Shown: one piece after another, positions 19,417 to 32,008 of the stretch
How positions within the stretch are numbered: position 1 is the first letter of the stretch
How the letters are laid out: every line of letters begins with the position of its first letter
IMG/VR virus record: IMGVR_UViG_3300045988_122854
DNA length: 64,000 bases
Reading direction: 5' to 3' (one strand)
DNA from: a virus
Made by a program: the position numbers and the translations under genes
The notes under the pieces: model-generated
Seen by the model: the letters and a program-made list of their open reading frames with translations, nothing else
Told to the model about the DNA's origin: nothing
Databases searched by the model: none

Positions 19417-20088
19417 TTAATTATTGAATAAATCAGTATCAATGATGGCGAAGTTCGCACGATGGATATATACTGCCTTACCATCAATCATCAACTGAGT
19501 AGTCTTAGGAAGATTCTTCGGAATGTCCCAAGAGACGTTATCCCCTACAAACATACAAATGGGGTCGCCCATCTGGGACTGAATTACCACAATCTTACTG
19601 CCGGAATCCGCATTGTTTAAATTCTTAGACTTCAAATACCACCAAGAAAGATCCCAATAATCATTCCAACGGCGGTCGGTAGGCGTGGAAATGCTAGCTC
19701 CATTGCCACTATTAGTCGAGACTTCCGCAGGAATGTCTACATCATACTGAGTGAGACGGCTATCAGCAAAAACAATAGTAGAACCGCAACTCTCAATACT
19801 CTTACCATCAATATCGACGCTTACAATGGACGAAAGAGAATAAGAACTAACCCAATGACCGTCCGTGCTATAAGCCCATTCCTTTACCTTATTGGGCTTA
19901 ATGTCAAAGGTCTCACCCTCGCATTGAAGCCACTGAGTACCATAATTGTCATAAAAGGTAGCAAGGAAAGAAAGCTTAACATCGCCATCTTCCGGCTCAG
20001 CAGTGATTGTAGTTGCTTCTGGACCACCGCACGCAGTCAATGAAAGGCAAAGGATAATTGCAATAATACCACAAATAAATTTCTTCAT
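19417..20088 (-). CDS. Putative lipoprotein (223 aa)
   Basis: N-terminal MKKFICGIIAIILCLSLTACGG: signal peptide with an L-T-A-C lipobox. Confidence 0.6.
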   Translation of the reverse strand: MKKFICGIIAIILCLSLTACGGPEATTITAEPEDGDVKLSFLATFYDNYGTQWLQCEGETFDIKPNKVKEWAYSTDGHWVSSYSLSSIVSVDIDGKSIESCGSTIVFADSRLTQYDVDIPAEVSTNSGNGASISTPTDRRWNDYWDLSWWYLKSKNLNNADSGSKIVVIQSQMGDPICMFVGDNVSWDIPKNLPKTTQLMIDGKAVYIHRANFAIIDTDLFNN

Positions 20089-20261
20089 AATTTAATGCTC
20101 CTTCGGATTATTTTCCATATACTTCTTGATACGTTCACCATTGAATCGAGAGGGACATTTGAGACAAATATAACTATTATAATAGTCGCACCAGTGCTTC
20201 TCTGTCCCATCAGGATTCAGAGTAGGATTCAGCGTATCATACGCACAATACATCTTATCAG

Positions 20262-20984
20262 TCATTGTTTTACCTCACTACATCTTGTTAATGTGTTAAT
20301 CTTTACATTCTTACGAACATCTTGCGACTTCACAGTTCCGCGAATGTGATAAGTATTTCCAACAATCCAATCACTCTTGGAAGAAGTAATCCACATAAAC
20401 TGATTACCGTCGGCATCGCTCATAGAATAAGCAATAGTATGACCATATTTGCTTTCAAGAGCGTGCTTATCATCAATTTTCACGGTAATGTCAATGCGGT
20501 CGCCGATATTACCGATCCACTGAGCCAAGCTTTCGTCATACACAAGGGCATCAACCGCGTGCTTTACCACTTCTTCACGATAAAGTTCGCCGTCTGCTCC
20601 GCCGACCTTATCCCAATCAAGACGAATCGGTTCAACGTCTGCGGGAAGCGCAGGAATCTCATCACATGAGCGGAAATACCAACCCCACAACCGCGTATAA
20701 CGTGCGGAACTCATCTTGAACCAATCATTCTCTTCATCACAATTACCTTTGAAAATCGTGATGTAGCCCGCGTTGCCAAATCCAAGAACTTGACGATGCG
20801 GAGCCATCTTAGTTGCTACCTCTTGGGATTTTTCAGGGTAAAGCTTAGCATACTCCGCGTCTTCATACCATCGAACTTGTCTCACATTAAGAGTTCGGGG
20901 ATGCTGAACCTGAATATACTTTTTGCCACCGGAAATATAAACATCACCGATCACTTTATACGACTGAAAACTCGGAGCTACCAT
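20262..20984 (-). CDS. Hypothetical protein (240 aa)
   Basis: Intact ORF. Confidence 0.45.
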   Translation of the reverse strand: MVAPSFQSYKVIGDVYISGGKKYIQVQHPRTLNVRQVRWYEDAEYAKLYPEKSQEVATKMAPHRQVLGFGNAGYITIFKGNCDEENDWFKMSSARYTRLWGWYFRSCDEIPALPADVEPIRLDWDKVGGADGELYREEVVKHAVDALVYDESLAQWIGNIGDRIDITVKIDDKHALESKYGHTIAYSMSDADGNQFMWITSSKSDWIVGNTYHIRGTVKSQDVRKNVKINTLTRCSEVKQ

Positions 20985-22378
20985 ACTTTACACCTCCCAC
21001 ATGCTATGTATATTAAAATGTTTTTCGTACTGTAAGATATAAGCTTCAAGTGTTTCATACTTCTTAGAGCTATTATACTTATTATATAGCTCAAAAGAGC
21101 ATTTCATATCATCAAAATAATCTTCAATGGACAAATCATGATAAACACAAGTCCAAAGGAAATCTTCATAAGTTCTTTCTTCATAAAAAGAAAGAAGCAT
21201 TTCATATGCGTCTGAAAGATCACTGCAAGCTAAAATGGGATAAAACTCATTATATACTAAGTGAACTCTTTTCATAAGATTGTCTGCTCCTCAATATAAT
21301 ATTCATGGCTCTTAAACTGAATTGCAAAACCTTCGGTTGTGATATAGGGAGACTGCATTGCTTGAAGCTTGCCATACCAATCTTTCAAATCAGCAACCTC
21401 ACTCCACCACTTTTCCGGCTTAATGGTAAGATAAGAGCTGGTGAATCGGACGGTATCACTAAGGAATCGCTCATACATTGCTTCCTCTTGGAGAGAAAGA
21501 ACTGTCTCCTGAGCGTCATCAATAGTTTCTGTAAGAAGAACAATCTCCTCGGTCTCATTATCCCTAATAGCGTAAATCGTTTTCATAATTAAAACTCCTT
21601 ATACTTTTCATATTCTTCTTCCGAGACTTCCCAAACATTGTATCCACATTCGGCAAGATAAGCATCATACTCATCATGGAAGTCTTCTTCGCTTTGCTGA
21701 TCCCACCATTCCATAGCATCATCTTCAACACAAGACTCCGCGTATCGCTCCATATCTCTTTCAGTACCTTTGAAGAAGTGATCCATAGTCTCACCGCAGT
21801 AGCAGGTATATGTTTGAATATGGTAAAATTTAATTTCCATATTAATCCTCCATCAGATAATCAAATCCATAACCGCACAAATGACCTTCCTCAATCCAAG
21901 AGACAAAGCAAGCACCGCCTTCTTTATTAGGCCATTCGGAGCAAGAGAGATTCCATTGCTGAGATGCACGTTTAGCCTGAAAGTATTCAAGAATTTTATC
22001 AACTGCGCTCTCGTCGCAAGTCATTACATCATAACCGCCATGGCCATACTCAACGCAAATATTCTCAATATCTTCTTCAATTTTAGAATAAGGAATATTA
22101 ACAGTGCCAAGCATAAGCGTCTCTCCTTTTTTTATCTTCTCTTTAACTTTCTATAAATATTATAATATATTTTTTTATAAAAATAAAGAAAGACCTTATG
22201 ATTTACATAAGGTCTTTAATCATCGCCATATTTATCATCGTAAGCGTTCCAAAAACAGCAGAATGCCAGAACCAACCAAGTAATTAGCGCGAGAACCGCA
22301 ATCTCTACGCCGACACCTTCCATAATATTAAGGCAAGCACCGGCGCATAAAACAGAAAAACAAAGCCCGCCTAAAATA

Positions 22379-22564
22379 TTACTTTTCATCAGGAGGGTCC
22401 TCCGTGTCTTTTTCTTCGGCGATAAAGTCATACCAATAGATAAAAGCAATAGCACCAGACAAAAGTACCGGAGTAATCCAAGGAATAGGATGCCCATGAA
22501 TTCCCTCTAAAAGAAGGAACGTTGTAAGAAAAGTATAACACCCAGCAATAAGAAATTTTGTCAT
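22379..22564 (-). CDS. Small membrane protein
   Basis: Hydrophobic 61-aa ORF; a second hydrophobic ORF (22216..22386) follows. Confidence 0.35.
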   Translation of the reverse strand: MTKFLIAGCYTFLTTFLLLEGIHGHPIPWITPVLLSGAIAFIYWYDFIAEEKDTEDPPDEK

Positions 22565-23017
22565 AAATTAATTCCTCCGACAATCGCTAGCATCAAGAAA
22601 ACCAGAAGCAGAAATTATTCCGGCAAAAGCTACGGTAATAGGCCAAGGGATAGTGTCTCCTGACGCCCCAACAAAGGTAAAAAAGATAGCCAGAAGTCCA
22701 TAAGCAACGCCAATTACAATACCAACTTTCACAGCTCAAACCCTCCATACATCATAGCCTGAGAAGAGAAGCGAAGCAAACCAGCGATCATTTCGCGGTT
22801 CTTAATATCTTTTTTGAGAGTCTCAGGGCAACAACCCGTGGTTTCCTCGACATAGGAGACAAGTTCCGCATTGAGCTCACGAGCTTCCGCGAGTTCTTTC
22901 TTCGCGGTTTCCAGTTCCTTTTGGGCTTCCGCGAGTTCGCGACAAAGTTGAAGATTACGCGCTTGAAGCTTAGTCTTTTCGCGTTCAAAAGCGAGATCCT
23001 TCGCGCTCTTCTTATAC

Positions 23018-23620
23018 TTACTCGTTGCCATTAAGGTTCATCTCCTCTTCATAAAGTTCCTTATAAATCTGAGTGGTTTCGGGATAGCAAAACACATTAT
23101 ATTGATTATAATACTCAGTAGCAAAGTGTTCCTCAAATGTTTCAATCTGAGCGTCAATCTCAGTATTAGAATATCCACTTACTTTGATAAACACAGGATC
23201 GCCAACACGATTGCGAGTCAAAGAATTAAAATAATCAATGCGATAATACTCAGTCCGCATTTCTTCATTATCCTCTTTATCGTCAAGGCCGTTGGCTCGA
23301 TCCCAAAGAGTATCAAGCATCTGCCCGTAAGGGAAGAACCCAAACTCAGGGAACTTCTTACCGAAGACCATTTCAATGCCTTCGGGATACTCTTCAAACT
23401 CAGACGTCTCAAAGGCGCTAAGGAAATCATCGACATTGTCATATTCAATTTCCTCATTGGAGCCGACGTAATAGATAAACGGCTGACCGCACTCCATGTC
23501 CGCAATAATCGCATTTACGGTTGCAACATAATGTTCATATTCCTTTTCGTCCATAATGGAGAAACCTTCAACGGTCATTTCATCAGCCCAGCTATCAGTA
23601 TAACGAACACAATAAAACAT
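23018..23620 (-). CDS. Acidic hypothetical protein (200 aa)
   Basis: Intact ORF. Confidence 0.45.
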   Translation of the reverse strand: MFYCVRYTDSWADEMTVEGFSIMDEKEYEHYVATVNAIIADMECGQPFIYYVGSNEEIEYDNVDDFLSAFETSEFEEYPEGIEMVFGKKFPEFGFFPYGQMLDTLWDRANGLDDKEDNEEMRTEYYRIDYFNSLTRNRVGDPVFIKVSGYSNTEIDAQIETFEEHFATEYYNQYNVFCYPETTQIYKELYEEEMNLNGNE

Positions 23621-24417
23621 ATTGATTACCCCTTTACAATCTTAATAAACATCAATGCCTTCAACCGCATTTTTGCAATTCCAAAGAATTTCAAAAGCCT
23701 TTTTGATATTTTCAGTGTTAACTAACTTGGCAGAAGAGAGATCTATTGCATCAAAAGCTTCTACGGCTTTATCTTCTTCAAGGTCTTCATAATGAACAGT
23801 CTTAGCAAGATAAGTATCACAATGTCGGAACGCAATCTTATTAACGAAAGAACAAAAACTATACTTATGAGTAATATTTTCATAAACGACAAATTTATCG
23901 TGATAGCCATCATCAAAAACAATTACACGAATAATATTATCCATAATAGCAATATTCTCCATAATTATCATTCCCTTTCTTTCATTAACATTTGTTGCTT
24001 ATTCCTTTACAGACCTAATAAAACTTTCAAGAATTGAAATGTTCAAAGTAAGTTCGTCAAGCTCATCACTATCAATGACACCTTGCCAATCAAGCATATC
24101 AACATAGGTGTCAATTGTTTCAAGAGCCTTAACCGCATCTTCCTTAGTAAAGGGCTTTTCTACCAACTTCATAATTATCATTCCCTTTCTTAACTTTCTA
24201 TATATATTATATATTATTTTTTATAAAAAATCAATAAAACTCTTTTTTGGAGGTATCATACATCAAGAGCCACAGCGTATATAATATAGCCTATTCAAGT
24301 TTGTTAGCAGAACTATCATACCCACTTATAATCTAACCTTATTGAATAGCACCCTTGGGCGGTATGGACTGAAACTTTATCCTATTGGGGAAGAGAATGC
24401 CCTTCCAGAGTTTTATA

Positions 24418-24981
24418 TTAAGTATCAATTTTTACCCCTTTACTTCTATTACATTTCCAGCAAAGAGTTTGAAGATTTTCAGGCACTGAGGCTCCCCATT
24501 TAGATACAGGAATAATATGATCTACTTCAAGAAGAAGATTAGGTTCTTTGGCAAGAGAATTACCACACTTTTGACAAGTATAGTTATCTCTTGCCAAAAT
24601 CATAGGACGTAATTTTTTTGCTTTATTACGTTCTTGCTTAATCCACTCAGGTGGAGGGGTAATATCCATTTCATCATCATTGTCATTACGGACTTCGCCT
24701 TTATTATTTATATAATAATAATGATTAATTACCTTAGGAGGTTTTTCTTTTTTAGTTGGATACATACCTTTTTCTTTTAACTTTTTACAAATAAAATAAG
24801 TTAAAGAAACTGAACCAACTAATAAAATACAAGTTCCAAAATCAGTAGCTTGTCCCTCGATGCAAAAAGGAGCTCCAATAAAATACATAGGAGCCATAAC
24901 TACCGCAGTAGAAAATATCCAAATAAAAAACCACATATTTAATACCTCCAATATTAAGTATTGTGGATATCTACACAACAA
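24418..24981 (-). CDS. HNH endonuclease with an N-terminal transmembrane segment
   Basis: CQKCG...EVDHIIPVSKWG...ENLQTLCWKCNRSKG (HNH motif). Confidence 0.75.
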   Translation of the reverse strand: MLCRYPQYLILEVLNMWFFIWIFSTAVVMAPMYFIGAPFCIEGQATDFGTCILLVGSVSLTYFICKKLKEKGMYPTKKEKPPKVINHYYYINNKGEVRNDNDDEMDITPPPEWIKQERNKAKKLRPMILARDNYTCQKCGNSLAKEPNLLLEVDHIIPVSKWGASVPENLQTLCWKCNRSKGVKIDT

Positions 24982-25893
24982 TACTCGTCAATAAAGAGAC
25001 TTCTACCGAGGTTCGCAAATTCGCAGTCAAGCTCACTAACGGAAAGCCCAGTGTTATCGCGGACAGGCCAAACTTCCCATTCAATGCCTTCCTCTACCTC
25101 TTCTAGGTCGTAATCCTCAAAGGCATGACTATAACCGTCGATTACATCATAAGCCATTCCTTTGCCAATATCATCAGCTTCTGCGACACTATCAACCTCA
25201 AAGACACCACCAGTATTGATACCGTGGAGTCCGCAATAGACGCTTTCATAAGCATAAATCATTACAACCATTAGGTAATTTCCTTATCAACTTCCATAAT
25301 CTTTACATAGTAGTCGCCGTAGCCGTGAACGAAAAACCCATCAAATGAAGGCTTTTTACAATATGAGATAGACTTATTTTTTTCCCAACGTTCTTGCGCT
25401 TCCTTTTCTCTCTTTCGTCCTGCTTCAAAAGCCTTTTCCTCAGTAGAATAAAGGCCAAGCACCGCGGTATCATCACCGCCAAAACTATCATAATGATAAC
25501 AAAGAGCATAAACAGTCATTAATGACATACCTCCGTATAATAAGTTCCAAGAGAGCCATCTGCATTAATCCAAGAGACAATCAGCACATAGACCATTTCG
25601 ATGCCGATTGTATCGAAAACGCAGGGAATTTCAATATTATATTCGCGGATTCGGCCTTCACCCTTAGCCTTAGAGAAAAGAATCTCAACCGCGTTGGCGA
25701 TATGAACGCCATCCTTAGAAACGAGCATTGCGTATTCATCATCTTCTGGATCAGTATACTTTCTACCAATCAGATCCCAAAGCTCTACATACATAATTTT
25801 TATTTTCCTTTCCTTAACTTTCTATATATATTATATTATATTTTTTTATAAAAATAAAATAAGGACTTATGAATTAACATAAGTCCTTATTAC

Positions 25894-26304
25894 TTAATTC
25901 AGCTCAATAAATTCAAGCCGATCAACATATTCTCCGGAATAGATCTTCAACCAAGGGTTTGCGCGATTAGCTTTTGCGCTCGCAAGGTCTTCATTATATT
26001 CCTGAATTTCTTTATAAAGTTCAGTTGCGCCAATGTTGTTATCATTATCAGTATAATCCTGTTCGAGTCGCCATTCAAGAGCTTCTCGACGAGTTGTATA
26101 TTTCTCATAAAGAGCATCACTATACACATTTTCATTGATAACCACAACAGTAGAAAATACCATTACGATTCCAAAGATAATAGTGCCAATGATGCCGATA
26201 ATCGAACTAATACAACCAAGAGCAGAATATTTATCCAAACCCCAAGCTGCAAGAGCGATAAAGCCCGCAAGCACAAGAATAAAAACTACATAAAGCATAA
26301 CCAT
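25894..26304 (-). CDS. Membrane protein (136 aa)
   Basis: Two predicted transmembrane helices at the N-terminus. Confidence 0.4.
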   Translation of the reverse strand: MVMLYVVFILVLAGFIALAAWGLDKYSALGCISSIIGIIGTIIFGIVMVFSTVVVINENVYSDALYEKYTTRREALEWRLEQDYTDNDNNIGATELYKEIQEYNEDLASAKANRANPWLKIYSGEYVDRLEFIELN

Positions 26305-26752
26305 CTTCTCCTTAATGAATAAAATATTGAATTACTCCATACACTCCTGATATGATTGGGAGCGTAGAGATTATAAGTAGCAAACTTCCAGTAATGACAC
26401 AAGTGTTAATTAAAAACGTATCTTCAAAAGGATCAGCACCATCGGCAAGCTTGAAGATATATAAAGCAAGCCTTATTACGATTAATCCAAGAATAATTTC
26501 TATAATAAATCCTACCATATATCCTCCTCCTTAATCTAAGTCATCAAACAAAACGGATAAAATGCCAAGAGCGCAAAAACAAAGAACTATTACTTTAAGC
26601 ATAAAAGACTGACTGAATAAAGCCGGCAAACAGGCAAAGCAACATGCCCATACCGCAGTAATAATACTTCTCTTTGAGAGACATAGTATCATCATTCAGC
26701 AAATCCATATACATAAAGCCGAAAAATACTAATATAATAAATAGCATAATAA

Positions 26753-27493
26753 TCATTTCTCCCATATCTTTTTACCTCCTCGCTTCTGCTTTCTCTTGGT
26801 CGCGGTGTCAATCGTCTTTCTATGGACGCTCCCGATCTTCGCAGTCGGACCATTTTTCATGAACTGATTCAAGTTTAAAGGGGCGGGGCCAAACACATCC
26901 ACACAAACATTCTTATGATAGATGTCCGTCTCTTTATGATTGTGGTCGTGGCCGTGAAGATCGAGAGCCCAGTCCTGCTTAATCGGTTCGTGAGAAAGCA
27001 TAAGTTTCTCACCAATAAGGAGCGCGCCATCATATACCTCGTCAAAAAGACCGTTATCTGCGGAAATCTCCCAATATTCAAAGGGAGTATGGAAATCAAA
27101 TCCCGAATCAATAGAATACTTACAATCAGGATAAAGACGCTTCATTTCCATAAGCGCTTCGTCCTTTTGATACTGATCCATAGGGAACTTTTTCTTGATG
27201 ATTTTGCGCTTATAGTTTTCAGATCCCGCGTCGTGGTTGCCTTTGATAAGAACCTTATAACCGGCGCGCAGTTTCCGCACATAGGAGATCGCACCTACGT
27301 CACCGAGATGAATTAATAGATCGCTTCGACCGCTCTTAGAATTAATTATTTTAACAATTTCTTCGTCGGAAGGACGATTATGAATTCCCTGATGAAGATC
27401 TTCGTCTCCAAAATGAGTATCACTAATAACCCAACAAGTTTGTAGATTTTTCCATCTATCTAAAAAACTTTCATAGACACCAGGTAAATTCAT
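26753..27493 (-). CDS. Calcineurin-like metallophosphoesterase (lambda PPase / NinI-like Ser/Thr phosphatase)
   Basis: ISDTHFG (DxH), LGDVG and GNHD motifs in canonical order. Confidence 0.75.
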   Translation of the reverse strand: MNLPGVYESFLDRWKNLQTCWVISDTHFGDEDLHQGIHNRPSDEEIVKIINSKSGRSDLLIHLGDVGAISYVRKLRAGYKVLIKGNHDAGSENYKRKIIKKKFPMDQYQKDEALMEMKRLYPDCKYSIDSGFDFHTPFEYWEISADNGLFDEVYDGALLIGEKLMLSHEPIKQDWALDLHGHDHNHKETDIYHKNVCVDVFGPAPLNLNQFMKNGPTAKIGSVHRKTIDTATKRKQKRGGKKIWEK

Positions 27494-27505
27494 AATTATT
27501 ACTCC

Positions 27506-28435
27506 TTAACAAATTCTAAAAGTTGTTGTATCCAATTTCAAATCATTAATTGATAATTTATCTAAATGAAAATATGGGATTCTAATTAACGGGATGTTAT
27601 TTTCTTTACACCATTGATTTTTAAAAGCATCATGTTCTTTTGTTTTTTCAAACTTTTCTAATGTATTCCAACCAGTTCCAGATTGATAATGCTATATTCC
27701 ATCAAATTCAATTAAATAAGAATTATCAATATAAAAATCAAATTTAGCTTTATGGTTAGTATCCTAAAATTTACAATTTTCAAAAGTTTTTTCACAAATA
27801 TACTAAATATTATGTTCTTTTAATAAAGAGATAATTTTTTCCTAACCTGCTGATTGTAAACAACCACAAGATTTACTTTGTCCTTTTCTTAAAGTAGTTC
27901 CTGATACAATTTTTTGATTGCCACAAGAGCATTGGCATAACCACATAGCAGTATTATGCTAATTAGATCCACTACGTTTTAACACTGTCCATCGACCAAA
28001 AGTTTGTCCTGTTAAATCAATTGTTGTAAGTTCACCGATCTTTTTATGAATATAACAACCACATGAAATAACGGCGCCACTTACTAAACCATCTTTACGA
28101 ATACTTTTAATAGTTCCACAATCACACTAACATTTCCAATAAGTATGCCCTTTTCCTTCTGTTCTATCATATCCTAAAACTGTTAGCATACCGAATTTTT
28201 TGCCTGTTAAATCTTTTAACAATTTTAAACGTTTCTAACATCCGCATGAAGTGGTATGATTTGAAGTTAAATGAGACGCAGAAACTACTGTTTTATTACC
28301 ACATTCACATTGGCATAACCAATATGGTCCGTTCCTTGGGTCTTCAACTCGATATAAAACTGTTAATTTTCCAAAATGCTAATTAGTCAAATCTTTTGCT
28401 CGGCCTACTGGAATCTATTTATAAATTTTTTCCAT
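27506..28435 (-). CDS. Three zinc-finger repeats plus a C-terminal DUF559/Vsr-like PD-(D/E)xK endonuclease domain; 9 in-frame TAG (homing-endonuclease-like)
   Basis: ATG 28433-35 with AAGGAG upstream; TAA at 27506-08. Three repeats of LTVL...YW.CQC.CG...SCGC. C-terminus KFDFYIDNSYLIEFDGI[TAG]HY resembles the DUF559 FDF...IE.DGxQH motif. No minus-strand ORF of 60 aa or more is called here, because TAG occurs every 60 codons or fewer. Confidence 0.5.
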
Positions 28436-30020
28436 AAAATCACTCCTTTTCTATTATATGTATAAATAGAAAAGGATAAAATAATAAAATTTGTCCGAAA
28501 TCGCCAACCTGATTATTCAACCGGCCTCCTTAAAATGTGTAAGCATTAAATTTATACATATAAAACTCGCCATCCATAAGAAGAAGTCTATCAGCTTCTT
28601 TTCGATGATCAATCATCCACCAGCCAGGCTTAGGAAGAGGGAGATCGAAGTATTCGATTCGTTGCGTTTCCATAATATCTTCTTCAATTGCGCCTTGAAG
28701 GAAAGCGAGGTAAAGTTCTTGCGCTTCTGCTTCCGAAATGTTGGCGAAGGTCCAAGACTTACTGGTCATTTCATCTTCGATTTTATAACAAGTAATTTCT
28801 TTCATAAGTCCTCCTTACATTTCAACCGCATCAACGAAATCAATGAAAACATCATCGGCGACGTTATTCATCATATTAAGATAAGAAGAGAATCTCTTAG
28901 TCCAATCGCCGGTCATCTCGCCGTGGTAGTGATACCAATCATAATCGGAATCTTTCTGAATTGCTTCAAACTGATGTTCCATAAGGCTATCATCGACCAT
29001 ATCTCGACAATACTCCATAAACATTTCCTGCATATCGGCTTCGGACGCATTCAGGAAATAGAAATTATGGTCTCCGGCCGTATCACAAAGAATACCAATG
29101 GAATGAATTTTAATATTAGAATTAGAAGTAGTCATAATTTTTATTTCCTTTCTTTACTTTATATATATATTATATATTATTTTTTATAAAAAATCAAAAA
29201 AGGATTTGCGGTTTGCGCAAATCCTTTTAAAGATTAGAGAACGGGAGCATAATTATAATAAATAATCATATCTTCCAATGCATCTTTGTAAAGTCTTGTA
29301 TCAAATTTATGACAGTGGAATCGTTTCTCGACATTCTCTTCGATTGCGGACATAGCGATTTCGAGAGCGTCAGATTCACTTACGTTTGTAGCACAGTAAA
29401 TCTCATCATAAGGCGCGTCATAAACGAATACGACAGGCATATGCTTCATATATTATTCCTCCATTAATTGATTTTACCCAAAATTTTTGTTATAATATAT
29501 TTAGAAATTAAAAGATTTCAATCGCGTTTTCAAAAAGATTGAGGAATTCATCAGCCACTTCGGAAGTTGCGAGAAGGCTTGTAGAAGAACCGCCATACCA
29601 ATCAATATGAATGCGCGTGAGTGGACTACCGCCCGCCTCCGCAATCTCATCCGCATACTGTTCAGAGTCAACCGCGGAAAAGCTAACGCTATTGATGTTG
29701 TTAGTATTGATAAGATACTTAATACCGCGGAAGTTGCGTAAAATTACAGTCATATAAATGCCTCGTCAGATACAAAATTTTTGAATTGCTTTATAACTGC
29801 GGTGCCATAGGGATCACCATCGGAAAAAGTGTATTCATAATGAGATTTATCTCTCATATAGATTTCAAGGTCTATTCCAGGAGTCTCGGTAGAGATATCA
29901 TCATCATCTGAGTTATCCATAGTGATGCGATTAGCCACGATCGAGATAATTTCGTTTATGTTAAGAAAAACGAAGTCGCCGTTAGACATTTTTAAATAAA
30001 TTAATTCACCTTTGTTCATT

Positions 30021-30620
30021 TCACTTCTCCACAATATAGTCTTTCGCTACATCTGTTCCTTCTGGAATATAAAGATAAACCCGCGCTGATTTAGAACAGA
30101 TAAAGAACCACTCTCTCCAATCGCCATAACGAGGGATACGCTTTTCAACGTGCGGAACCTGATTAGAGTAAACAACTACTGTATCATTCACGGGATAATT
30201 CTTAGTGCTTGTAATGCCATCAGCGCTAAGCGTAAGATAAGTGTAGTAAACACTTTCACCCTCGAATGCGCGGTAAGTATAGATACAGCCATCATCATCC
30301 ATACTTGTTAGCTCTTGGGCTTCCGTAATCGTATAATCGTATTTGGAATAATCCTCTTTAACAGAAGACATCATAACTCCACCAAACATACCTACGGCAA
30401 GATAAAGACAAACGCCGATCCAAAAGGCAGGAATAATTTGACGGGGAATCTCAACGCGGTCGCGGTGAGACCAATTGCGGAAGCGCTTGGCCTTAGGATC
30501 GGAAAGAGTGCTGTAATAGCCATAACTACAATATGCAGAATGAATGGCGAAAATCAGAAAAATAATTAAGGTCGGTAGAACAAATCCGCCCACGAGCGTT
30601 TTCAAGAAGAAGATAAGCAT
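30021..30620 (-). CDS. Membrane protein (199 aa)
   Basis: Multiple hydrophobic segments. Confidence 0.45.
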   Translation of the reverse strand: MLIFFLKTLVGGFVLPTLIIFLIFAIHSAYCSYGYYSTLSDPKAKRFRNWSHRDRVEIPRQIIPAFWIGVCLYLAVGMFGGVMMSSVKEDYSKYDYTITEAQELTSMDDDGCIYTYRAFEGESVYYTYLTLSADGITSTKNYPVNDTVVVYSNQVPHVEKRIPRYGDWREWFFICSKSARVYLYIPEGTDVAKDYIVEK

Positions 30621-30634
30621 ATTTAAAAACTCCT

Positions 30635-31084
30635 TTAAAGAATAGGTTTAAGTTTATCGCAACAATTGAAATCTCTCATACAGCCATTTTCTTCGCTGAA
30701 ACAAGGACAACCATTTTGGCAAGTATTACGAACAATGTCGGGATTACGGACATTCATAACGGTTTGCATATTTCCAACGATTTCTCGCTTTTGGATCATT
30801 TTCGGTGTGTCGGGAGAATCATTAAACGCGCAGTTCACATTTTGTTCACAATTTGCGCATGTGCTAAGTTTTGCCCAACATTTATCGCAATAAGTGTTGC
30901 CTTGATCGTCGATGATCATTTGCTTATGGAAAATTGGAGTATGACATGCTTTACAAGTGTAATATTCACCGCAAAGAAAATTATCGCAGATCGCATGATT
31001 TGGGTCCATAGTGTTGCCTGTGATTTGACATAATCCGGTCGTTGGCCGGTAATAACCGCAGTTATTACAATAAAAAGTCATCAT
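30635..31084 (-). CDS. Cys-rich hypothetical protein (about 25 Cys in 149 aa)
   Basis: Multiple CxxC pairs; no radical-SAM CxxxCxxC motif. Confidence 0.45.
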   Translation of the reverse strand: MMTFYCNNCGYYRPTTGLCQITGNTMDPNHAICDNFLCGEYYTCKACHTPIFHKQMIIDDQGNTYCDKCWAKLSTCANCEQNVNCAFNDSPDTPKMIQKREIVGNMQTVMNVRNPDIVRNTCQNGCPCFSEENGCMRDFNCCDKLKPIL

Positions 31085-31350
31085 AGCGTTTTAGCAGAAT
31101 ATGGAGCATCTTCGCCGTCAAACTTTAAAATCTTATCGGCGAGTTCGCGGTTAACGCGCAAAGGGCCATCTTCAAGAGGAGTAAATGCGATAGTGATAAG
31201 ATCGTCGAAGTATTCTTCGGCCCAACGACCAGCTTCTGCGAGGGTTTCCGCGAAGATAAAACCGCACGTGAATCTATCTATTTTGTCATCTTCGTCCCAA
31301 TAACGTGCTTCATAATAAACAGGATACTGCTTCATATTATTCTCCTTTCT

Positions 31351-31701
31351 TTAAGAGATTGTAGAGATTAGAAAAATCTCGGGATCATCAAGGCTTTCGA
31401 TGGGGATTTTAAGAAACTTCGCGTATGCTTCTTTCATTGTGTCATTAAGGCGATAATATTCCTGCGGAGCAATGAAGATGTTGTCGATGCGGACGGCCTC
31501 TCCCGCGGAAGACTCACCGAGAAGATAACCGAAGATAGGATTTTCGTCGTTGTCATAGTAGCTTGCGCGATGCCAATAACCTTCCTCGGTAAGCTGTTCG
31601 ATAGCCTCAGTCATATTGTCATAATTTTCAAGAAGGTTCTTGGGGACTTTATAACCGCACACGAGCTTAGAACCAAAATCAACAGACATATTACTTATCA
31701 C
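31351..31701 (-). CDS. Hypothetical protein (116 aa); first gene after the divergent junction
   Basis: ORF with a promoter-motif copy at 31695-31760. Confidence 0.45.
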   Translation of the reverse strand: MISNMSVDFGSKLVCGYKVPKNLLENYDNMTEAIEQLTEEGYWHRASYYDNDENPIFGYLLGESSAGEAVRIDNIFIAPQEYYRLNDTMKEAYAKFLKIPIESLDDPEIFLISTIS

Positions 31702-31841
31702 CTTTCAATAGTTTTTCTTTATTTTATATTTATATTATATATTAAAATTTAATAAAAATCAATAAAGAATAATTTTGTAGGACAAATTAAGATAAAGTTG
31801 TAAGAAGTATTTTTATGTATTAATGAAAGGATGTGAATAAA

Positions 31842-31994
31842 TTGAATAATGGTGATATGACTACTATGACAATTAGAATTTCATAGAGTGATAAAGATAT
31901 TCTCACTGAGATGGGGAAAGAATTAGATTTGAGTTTGTCTTATATTGTAAGACAAGCGCTTAAAGAATATATAGCAAATCATAGCAAATAAAGG
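31842..31994 (+). CDS. Ribbon-helix-helix (CopG/Arc/ParD-like) DNA-binding protein, about 50 aa, 1 in-frame TAG
   Basis: ...ISQSDKDILTEMGKELDLSLSYIVRQALKEYIANHSK: a beta-strand followed by two helices, typical RHH. Start TTG 31842 or ATG 31857. Confidence 0.5.
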
Positions 31995-32008
31995 AAGGTA
32001 TTGAACAA

